Source of the DNA: Candidatus Woesearchaeota archaeon
GTDB taxonomy: Archaea; Nanobdellota; Nanobdellia; Pacearchaeales; GW2011-AR1
Reading direction: 5' to 3'
DNA: 64,000 nucleotides
Assembly: GCA_964355135.1 (NCBI GenBank)
Contig: CAYHCG010000006.1
Span: 9,453 to 73,452 of the forward strand
Positions 50,635-61,100 of the stretch are shown here, piece after piece. A model generated the notes under the pieces. That model saw only the letters and a program-made list of their open reading frames with translations. It was not told the origin of the DNA and did no database searches. Made by a program: the position numbers and the translations under genes. Positions within the stretch are counted from its first letter, which is position 1; each line of letters opens with the position of its first letter.

Positions 50635-51821
50635 TGGAGGATGAGTGAGGGGAGGGCTGAAGCATCTGTTCCAATCGGCCTACGATATTCTATGCTATAA
50701 AATGATCCGTCTTGGAGGGGTATTTTGATCATCTTTGTTCCATTTGAAATTTCTATAGGTTCTATAGTATAATTCCCTTGTTTTGGATTATAATTCTGAA
50801 TTTGACTTTCTTTCAACCAACCAATGCTCTCTTTATGTAAAACATTAAAATGGCCTTTATTGCCCGCAACCCCCATTACATCTAATGAATCGCCATAAAC
50901 TGATGATGAACAAGGGCCTTGTGAAGGGAGATTATTATTACACCACCATCCGTTTGCATGCTGTAAACCAAGATTATGCCCAAATTCATGTGCAAGAACT
51001 CCATTATCTATATTTTCTGGCTTCATAACTAATGAAGTGGATAACCAAATTTTTGTATCTTGGAGATTAAACTCAGGAATTCCGATATTAGCAATCCCTT
51101 CTAAATTATTTCCACAAATTCCTTCTTCGAAGATGATTATTAATCTTGTGTAGGATTCTATGTTTATATTATTGTTCTGGAAGAACTGGGAATTTCTCAT
51201 ATCAGTTGGATTACAATAAATTTCATTTGCACTAGCCTGCGTCCAATCTAAAACCTCTCCAGTTAGCCATGCCCTATTATAAGAAACTTCTTTTATCCAT
51301 GAATTTAGAGAGTCAGGGTTTGTTAAATCGAATATATTTGCTATGATTTGTTCACGAGTAAGTGGGGGGGCAGATGTTCTAAAAATGGGGACAATTAGGG
51401 TTTTTTGTTCACCCAGATTAAAGTTTCCCCTGTTGTTGACTGAAGCAACATTAGCTTCATTTGATAGTATTTTTAGATAACCTGATTGACTTATAGAAAT
51501 TATTCTTAATCCTTGATCTACCTCTCCAAAAATTTCAATGTCTTTTCCAGAAATTAATTCTTTTGGTATTTTTGGGTAGTTGAAATTATCAATTATTTCA
51601 TATTTGAAGATACCTGAATGGATATAGTATTTAATTGTGTAAGTAAGGTCGATATTTTCTACAATTACAACTTCTGATTTACCATTTAGAGTCATAGGAG
51701 ATAAAGATATTGATGGTTCTTGCAAGAAATTGTTGACTATTGGAGCTAAGATAAATATTAATATGCCGATAAAAATTAGAATGGACAAGTAAGCGATTCT
51801 GCTGTTCACTCTTTTTTTCAT
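50424..51821 (-). CDS. N-terminal portion of the same split gene: signal-anchored metzincin-type zinc metalloprotease
   Basis: N-terminal IAYLSILIFIGILIFILAPIV. HEFGHNLGLQH fits HExxHxxGxxH exactly. Sensible sequence stops near ...IEYRRPIGTDASALPS (~50650). The remaining ~70 codons look out of frame. Confidence 0.7.
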   Translation of the reverse strand: MKKRVNSRIAYLSILIFIGILIFILAPIVNNFLQEPSISLSPMTLNGKSEVVIVENIDLTYTIKYYIHSGIFKYEIIDNFNYPKIPKELISGKDIEIFGEVDQGLRIISISQSGYLKILSNEANVASVNNRGNFNLGEQKTLIVPIFRTSAPPLTREQIIANIFDLTNPDSLNSWIKEVSYNRAWLTGEVLDWTQASANEIYCNPTDMRNSQFFQNNNINIESYTRLIIIFEEGICGNNLEGIANIGIPEFNLQDTKIWLSTSLVMKPENIDNGVLAHEFGHNLGLQHANGWWCNNNLPSQGPCSSSVYGDSLDVMGVAGNKGHFNVLHKESIGWLKESQIQNYNPKQGNYTIEPIEISNGTKMIKIPLQDGSFYSIEYRRPIGTDASALPSLILQWETTFLTVMRVLEYNGKKTLMVEIHNFLISPCQHKSEEIYSPQLFFWNKHSQTLQMELQSQLWKQMKII

Positions 51822-51876
51822 ATATTTTATAGATTTTTATTGTTTTTAATAGTTTTGTTTTATCGAATTTAGATAT

Positions 51877-51965
51877 GGATAACTGTATTGTTTAGATGAC
51901 AGATTTTCGGCAGTTGTCCATTAGAGAACTGCGTACAAAATGTCATGTAACTTACACAGTTATCC
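51877..51965. promoter_or_regulatory. 89-nt nested inverted repeat (three helices) in the divergent region upstream of giant C
   Basis: GGATAACTGT (51877-86) pairs with ACAGTTATCC (51956-65). ATGACAGATTTT (51896-907) pairs with AAAATGTCAT (51937-46). GCAGTT (51910-15) pairs with AACTGC (51927-32). Confidence 0.5.
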
Positions 51966-52103
51966 CTATATTAATTGAACATTTTTACTGAATGAATTAA
52001 AAAAATTGTAGGAGAACTGATTAATTTGATAAGTTCTGTTTAGAAATGCTTATATAGCTGTTTTTTCTAATTTCTTTGTTTAAAAATTGAGGTTGTCCTA
52101 CAC

Positions 52104-55100
52104 GTGGTTCATAAGAAGTACAAATGGAAAAATGGCAAGAAGTATGGTCCTTATTATTATGAAAATAAAAGGGTTGGAGATAAAGTTGTTACGACATATT
52201 TAGGAAGACATCACAAATTAGAGAGTAAAAATGAAGATAAGAATGTAGGAGAACTGACTGTAACAAGTAAGAAAAATTACTTTTTTATCTTGGGGATAAT
52301 ATTAATTATTGGATTTTCTTTTGTCTTTTATTTTATTGGCAAAGGGGTCTTTTTTTCACCTGATTTTAAAGCGATTGAGATTAATTTAGATAAGGAAAAT
52401 TATAATGCGGGAGAACAGCTTAAGGGAAATGTATTATTAAATTTAAGACAAGGAGAGTTGATTCCTATTGATTCTAAAGTGATGATTACTTTTGAGGGGA
52501 TTGAAAAGGAGATAAGTGTAGGGGAAAATGTCGGAGTTGATAAAAATAAGGGAACTTATTATTTAACTAATGGTGAATTAATTGGAAGTGGGGAAGGATA
52601 TGGAATTGCAGGAACAAAAGAGATTTATCCTGAAATCGAGTTTGAGTTAATTTTAACTGAAACTAATGGGGGAGAGGTTAATGCAGATAGTGAAGAAAAT
52701 GTTAGTGATGGTGTGATTGGGGGTGGGGGAGATGGTGAAAGTAGTGGGGGTGGGAATGAAGGACCAGCGATAGAGGAAAATACTGGAGAAACTCTACCTG
52801 AGAATGAAGAAGGTCAAATTCCAATAGTTAGTGAAGAGACTCCTCAAACTCAGACGGAACCGGAAGAAGCCCCTACAGGAGAGGTAACACTGGAAAGTGT
52901 ACAACCTGAAACGGGGAATAGTGAAACAGTTCAAGAGACTACACAAGAAGCGACTGTTTCAGATACTGCAGAAAGCAGTTCTGATAATGGGGGAGATAGT
53001 TCACCCAGTGGAGAAAGCAGTGGGGGAACAGAAAGTGGAGGAGGAGAAGTCAATGGGGGAGAAGTAAGTTTATCTCCAAATGAAGAAATCATATCTGGAA
53101 AAGTTAGAAAGGGAGAAGACTTTATTTATGAAATAAAAGAAGGGCAACTTGTAAAGGTAAAAGAGGGAAGTGTAAAAGTAAATGGTGAAAGTGTTGAAGA
53201 TAATCTAGTGGAGTTGAAAATTGAGGATGGGAAGGTAATTGTCTCTACAACATATGCTGAGATTGAAGAGGGTTTTGGAGAGGAATTTTTGGGAGATGAG
53301 TTTTTAGAAATTAGGATAAATATTGATGAACTAGGATTTATTGTAAATGAAGAAGGAAGTTTGGATGTAGGTTTAATTATAGGAGAAAGAGAGGTCTTGA
53401 AAACAACGAAGGAAATAATACTCAGAGAAGTAAACGAGAGTATTATTAATCAGAGTGAATTAATTGAGACACCAATTAATGAGGCCATAATAAATCAGAC
53501 CATAGTTAATGAAACCATTTTGAATGAGACTATAATTGAGACAAATGTTAGTAATTTAACTGGATATGGTGCAATATTAGGGCAACCGGTTAAATGGGTT
53601 AAGAGAGTTGAAGTATTGACTGGGGAAACTGCAGTAAAATTTGATGTTCCAAAGAGTGCTGAAAAATTAATTGCTAAGAAACGTGATAATAGGGGAAGAG
53701 AAGTGGAAATAGAAGATTTTGAAAAGGGTGAAATAAAGAAATTTGAATTTGAGGGTGAAGTGGATTCTGGGAAGAAGGATGATGTAAAAAGTGAACTAAA
53801 TGATTCAATTATTAATGAGACAATTGTTGAAGAAAACAAAGATGATAATATTTTGGATGAAAATAAGAATATTGGAACAGGGAATGAAGAGAATGAAAAT
53901 GTAGGAATTGGAAATGGTGAAAATATTGATTCTATTGTTGAACCTGAAATATCTTTATCTCCAGAGATAGTTGAGGGTAAAGAAATTAATGTTAATGTTC
54001 CTATAAATGCTTTAGAAGTTGTTTTGGAATATGAGACGCCCGCTCCTTATGCAATTGAGGAAGAGACTTCTAAGGGCAAGATTGTAAATGTTATTGGACC
54101 TAACGATGTACATTATGAAAATGTTTTGATATTTACAAATTTAAATGAAGGTTTGAATATAATTGATTCATCTAAAATTAGGATAATCTGGAAAGAAACA
54201 GGACAGGTGATAAATGTATTAAATGCAAACGATACGAATAATAATAGTATAATAGATTATATCCAGTTTGTTGCTCCGAGCTTGAGTAATCAGACTTTTG
54301 AGATTATTGTGATTACGAAAGCTGAACATCTTGATCAAAATAGAAGTTTCATTAATGATATTTTTGATAGTGTTAAAGCTCAAGATGGAATTTGGAGTGA
54401 GATAATAAATGATGGAGAGTATGTAAGAGTAACTTTTGAAATTCCTCTAGATAAAACAAGAGATATTACCTTATGGCCTAGAACTGTAAGTGGAATTTCG
54501 AGAGTTGAAGTATATGAAATTGATGGGAACACAACTGTTGCTTCATTTGAAAGTTTGAATGATAATGAATATAATAAAGTATATTTGACAGGACTTGCAG
54601 ATGGTGTAAGTCAGGATACTTTTGATTTGAAAGTTATGGGGGGAAGTGTGGAACTGGATCATGTGATTGATCCGCAGCCTAGCGGAGCTACAAGATCTTG
54701 CAATATGAATGGGTCTGCTTCAAGTACTGGAGTAAAATGTTTAAATGGAGCTGCTGGAAAGAATGAAGATTGGACTAACGGGACTATTGATTCTTGTATA
54801 GACAAAACTAGCACACCAACAGTATATGTCAGGGATATGTGGGTAAATGACTCAAATATTAAATCAGGAGATAGTGTCAATGTTAGTTGTAGTTTTGTGG
54901 GTGGAGGTTCAACAAGATTGGCATCGTTTTTTTATAACGATGGAGTAAGTGGATGGATTAATACAAGCTCTTTTCTCTATGGGACTGGATCTGGTAATAT
55001 TAATATTACCCATCCTATTAAAATTGCAAATAAATCAGGAATTCATTATTTTAGATGCTGGATATCCAGCGATAGTACTTCTTGTAATACTACTACTCCT

Positions 55101-58100
55101 TGCTGTGGAAATTCAATGGCAGATAATGATGATTTTTCATTTAGTGCATGCGGAACTGCAGGCGTCGCTACCTCCTCACTTAGTAATTGTTGTCCTGGAT
55201 TGATTGCTATTCATAATGGAACAAATTTAGTTTGTGGGACTGAAAGTGATTGTTCAAGCTACCCGAAAAGATATTGTCAGAATGCGACCGGAGACTATGG
55301 AATATGTGTTAATTATAATGCAACGGGATCGCTAATAACTGGAGTTTGCGATACTGTTGCTCCTGTTGCTTCGAATTCAAGTTCTGAAGCATTTTTATCT
55401 TGTGTTGCGGATAAATGGAGGAATTGTGATAACACTTTAATAGGGATAGGATTTTCTAATGATGGTATTTGTGTCGATAATGATGTATGTTCAATTTTAA
55501 GTGTTGGGGGGAAGAATGATACTGATAAGCAACCCGATACTTTAGTTGCGAATATAAGTTGTACAGACACAGACTATGGGTGCTTTAATTCATCCTATGA
55601 TGGAAGAACTTGTGTCGGAATTCCAATAACTCCCGTATCTTCTCCAGAACCTTCAAAAATTGGAATAATTGCTGGAAATAAAAGCGGGGGGGCTGGAGGA
55701 AATGGTGATGATGCTTCGCCTTGTTGTTATCAAGATACCTTCTTTGTTTTTGATGGAACAGGGGATCATATCTATGGTAGAAATGAAAGTGATTCTACAC
55801 CATATGAAGGATGTGGATATAATTTTCCTAAAGATGGATTAACTTGTGTGAATTATAGGCAATACGCTAATTGGGACGGTATAAATGATACAGATATTGG
55901 AGTTTCTGTAAACTCTACTTCTTGTGAATTGGGACTTGTAAGTAAAAACAGTTCTGGGAATTATTTGAATACATGTTCTGGGAATGAAAATGGAACATGT
56001 GATACTGATATAACTCTTAGCGGATATGTTCCTGATGGGACATGTTATAATACAAATGGTCAGGGAGTACAATGTGAGACAGATGACGCAAATGGCTCTA
56101 CGACAACAACAAATTGTATTTATAATGGGGAAATACTTCCTCATGGACAGACTGGGAATTATACTGCTGGGGGAAATGCGAGTATTTTATGTGCGAACAG
56201 TAATTTGTATTATTGTGTATATCAAGCTGATTTATCTCCGACTGTGGGGATAAATAGAACTAATAATTGTGATCCTGTTCCTGGAACTAATTTAATTTGT
56301 CAGAATGCGGGAGTTACTAAAGGGCTATGGCTTACTACGATATTTGATGGGGCTTCTTGTACTTGCAGTAAGGGAACTGAATGCAGCAGCGGCTTATGTG
56401 AAGAATTATCTGGACAAGGATATTGTAGGGGTAGTTGTAATTTTGCAGGCAATATGTGTTCTAATAATAGTCAGAGTTATTTGGTTGGGGGTACATGCAC
56501 GGACTTTGATGGATGTATTATGGGGCCTATTTATAAAAGCACTTCTCTTGTTTTACGTCCAGGGTGTACTAGTGGGAATGCAGGCGTGAATATATGTGAT
56601 AATAACGGAACTGGAGGATTTATTGTGGAAGGAATATGTACTAATAATGGTAGTGGATTTGGAGTTTGTGACACAAATGATACTTACTTTGATGATGAAG
56701 CAGGAATTTATTATGCAAATGTTCAAGTGAATATGACTAATTATACTTCCGAATTGAATAATGGGGGAGGATTCGGGGATAGTTGTGATAATAATGTCAG
56801 TAATGGGCTTTATAGTGCAGTTGGGATGGCTGTAAGTAATCTTGGAAATATGACCTTGACCTGCAATGCATTTAGCAGAACGGTTATGATAAATGCGACA
56901 AATTCATTATATGTTGGGAATTGCAGCCTTGGTGGTGGAGAGAGGTGCGATAATTCTACGGGACTCTTGGGGGGCAGTATAAGTGATTCATTTTTTGCTA
57001 ATGGAATATGTGTAAATAATTCAGATGTTGCTCATTGTTCAACAACTACTGCCGCAAGAAATAATTATACAAATGGGTCTTTATATGGGGCTAGTTTAAT
57101 TTATTCATCTAGTTGCACTTTTTTGGCAAATAATTCTCAATGTGATTTAGACGTAAGTGATTCATATTTTAATTTTACCAATAATACTGGAACAACTTCG
57201 GGAGTTTGTTATTCTGGAAGTTGTGTTCAATGCGGGCAATTTGAGATTGCGCCTACTCAATGTTCTGGCGGAATAGATGACGATTGTGATGGGTTAATTG
57301 ATAGTAATGATCCTAATTGTCAGCCCCCAATTGTAACTATAAATTTCCCTACTAATAGAACTTATTTTTCGAGTAATTTGCATCTGAGCTTTAATGTTTC
57401 ATTAAACATAGATACAGGTAGCGTTAGATATAGTTTAGATGGGGGAATAAATAACAAAACAATGTATAATTCAAGTGGGGGGATGATTGGGCGATATTTC
57501 AATGCGACAAATAGTTCTATTGCGGACGGTAATTATACTTTCAGAGTGTACGCTAACGACAGTTGGGGCAACAAGAACGAAACAGCGAAAGTTAATTTTA
57601 CATTTGAGAATACTGATTTGACGGGATGCAAGAATTTGACTTATGCAGGGCAGACTTACAGACTTATTGGAGATATTCAAACAACTTCAACATGCTTTAA
57701 TATTCTGGCCAATAACATTACTTTAGATGGAAATGGAATGAGCATTGTTTATGGGAATCAGTCTGGAGGTACATATTATGGTGTTACTGCGAACAATTTT
57801 AATGATTTAATAATAAAGAATTTGAGCGTAAGTAGGGGAACTTCTGCAGGGTCTAATGATTTAAGATATGGGATCTACTTAATTAGGTCGACAAATTATT
57901 TAGTTAAAGATATCAAAGCCAATAATAATTATTATGGGATTTATTTAAATGACCCTTCTTTAGGGTTCAGTTCTTACTCGAATTTAAACAACATCATTGC
58001 AAATAATAATTCAATTGGTATTAATGTCCGGAAAATACATTCACTTAACTTTAATAATATTGTCGCGAATAATAATAGCAATAGGGCGATTTATGTTCAG

Positions 58101-61100
58101 GATGCATCTTACAATATTTTTAATAATTTAATTGCAAATTATAATAATATAAGTGTAGAGTTCCGTGAACTCAGCCAGTATTCACAATTTAACACCATTA
58201 ACACTTTTGATTTCAATTATAACAAGAAGGGGATTGTTTTGGTTTCAAGTTATGGTAATACAATATCGAATGGGAGAATAAACTCTACTTCAGGAAATGC
58301 TGTAGAGGTATTTACGTCTAGTGTTTCTTTTGCTAATTACTTAAGTAACGTAGCTATTTCAAATACTAACTTTAGTTTTTATGACTTAAAGGTTTCAGTA
58401 CCTGATATAGGGGAGCTTTCTCTCAATAATATGCCTCATATCGGGAATTACAGTTTTGATGCAGGAGGCAACCTTATTACTATAAATAATTCATTTGGTG
58501 AAATTAAATTCCTGAATGGAATAACTGGATCTGGAACTAATTTAACTGCAGATGTGCGGATTGGGAATAACTCTGCAACAGTAATGAGTAATATAAATCC
58601 TGGGCTTAATAGAAGTGCAAATATTACTTTATATGGAATTGGAGAAAGAGGATTTGTCAGTCCAGTATTATTGAGAGACAGCCTTAACTGTGGGAATAGT
58701 TGTAACAACTTTACGGCTTTGAATGCTTCAGAAGTTAGATTTAATGTAACAGGATGGACTGATTATTCCATAGGGGAAGAGGTTTACCTTTCAGATTGTG
58801 GAGTTTTGAACGTAGCTAATAGATATTACAGGCTATTAAATAATATCACTACGACGGGAACTTGCTTTATCATCAATGCCACAAATGTTACTTTAGATGG
58901 ACAGGGTAAAAAGATAATTTATGGAGACCAACTAGGTTCTTCGTTTTATGGGGTCATTTCAAATGGGTATAATAATACTATTGTTAAGAATGTTACCATA
59001 AGCAGAGGCAGTCTTTCTCTTTCTAGTAATACGAGATATGGAATTTATTATTTGAATAATATTAATGGTAGAATAGAATATGTTAATACAAGTTCTAATC
59101 TTCGCGGAATATCTCTTTCAACTAGCTCAAATAATTCTATTCTTAATAATATTGCAAATAGTAATGCCTTACGTGGAATTTTGATTTCTGGAGGATCTAA
59201 TAATTCCCTTATAAATAATACTGTAAATAATAATGGCCAGGTAGGAATAGAAACTGCTTCGAGGAGCAAATTTATAAATAATACTGTAAATAATCATTCT
59301 TTATATGGAATTTACGTAACCGGAAGTTATAACAGTTTAATTTTGAATACTATAAATAATTCTAATTTAGGCATTTATATTTTGGGGGGTAATAATAATA
59401 TTACTAATAACACCCTGATTTTCAATAATGATGGAATAACTATTGGTGCTTCATCGTCTAATAATAGGCTAGAGAATAATTTATTTGTTTCAAATAATTT
59501 TGGAATTAGGTTAATTTCAGATTCGGTTACAAATATGATTACTGGAGGAATAATAAATAACTCTAGAAATAATGCAATAGATATAGGTCCATCTTCAAAC
59601 GACAATAATTTTACTAATATTAGTATTCTAAGCACGAACAAGTCATTTTATGATATAAGATTTAATAGCGCAGGTATAAATGGAAATTATCTAATTGATA
59701 TGCCTCACATTGGGAATTATAGTTTTGCTGGTGCGGGAGGAACGGTTTACTTCAAAAATTCTCAATATGGAGAAATAAGATTTTTGAGTGCGATTAATGG
59801 AAGCGGGACGAATTTGAGTAACGATGTGAGGATTGGAAATAATTCTGTGACTGTGTTGAGCAATAATAATCCTGGATTGAATAGAAGTGCGGATATTACA
59901 CTTTATGGAATAGGTAACAGGGGCTTTACCAATCCAACCATGCTAAGAAATGGAGTGAACTGTGGAAATATTTGTCGCAATTTTACGGCATTGAATGCAC
60001 CAGAGGTTAGATTTAATGTTACTTCCTGGACGAATTATTCAATTGGAAATAGCACTAATTCTGCACCTAATGATCCTTTGACGAAAATAAATTCAACTGA
60101 TGGAAGCAATAGGACAAAACAGGACTTACATTGCTTTGATAGATTGCTTGATGTAGATAATAACACGATGAATGTGAGCGTTGTTTGGTATAATAATTCG
60201 ATATTTAAATTCCAATTTGATTATAATAATAGTTATATGAATGGAACACTGTTTAATGCAACACTTGGACATTTTAATACAACAAAAGGAGAAAACTGGA
60301 GCTGTGCCTTGAGATTGTACGATGGACAACTTTATTCTGCTTGGAGGAATTCTACGAATTTGACGATACTAAATTCTTTGCCTAATGCTACGTTACTTTT
60401 ACCTACAAATAATAATTATACCATAGACAGGACTCCGGTATTCAACTGGAGTATTTTAGATGACGATGGAGATGTTGTAAGTTCACACTTTAATTTGAGT
60501 TGTTATTCGGGATGCTCATTAGATAACCGGAGCGTTATGGTTGGAGGAGGGCAGAATGCTTCTTATGAAATAGTGGGAGATTTACAATATCTAGTTGACG
60601 ATACTTATTATTATAACTGGAGTGTTAGAGCAAATGACAGTGTTGGTTTTGGAAACTGGGCTAGCGACTATAGACTCAATATACAGTCTTATGTCGCTAT
60701 CAATTTAACTAGGGATTATATCAATTTTGGAAGCATTACAATTGGGACTAATGATACAACGGACGACTCTCCGCTGCCATTTTTGCTTAAAAATATAGGG
60801 AACGTATTTGTAAACGTGAGTATAAATGCCTCTGATTTATGGATTAGCGCAGTAAATCCTACTCCTTATTATCAATTTAAAGTTGATAATTATGCTGGTC
60901 AAGCTGGAGCATTCAACTGGGCTGCTTCCACTACATCGTTTACGAGCGTGCCTAACCGCACAATAGTGCCTAGAATCATGAGCGGCTTTAATTATACGGA
61001 TACTAGAAATACTGCAGAGATTGATGTCAATATTACTGTTCCTCCAGGAGAAGGAGCAGGAGTGAAAAGCTCAATAATAACTTTTGTGGCAAGCAGAACA

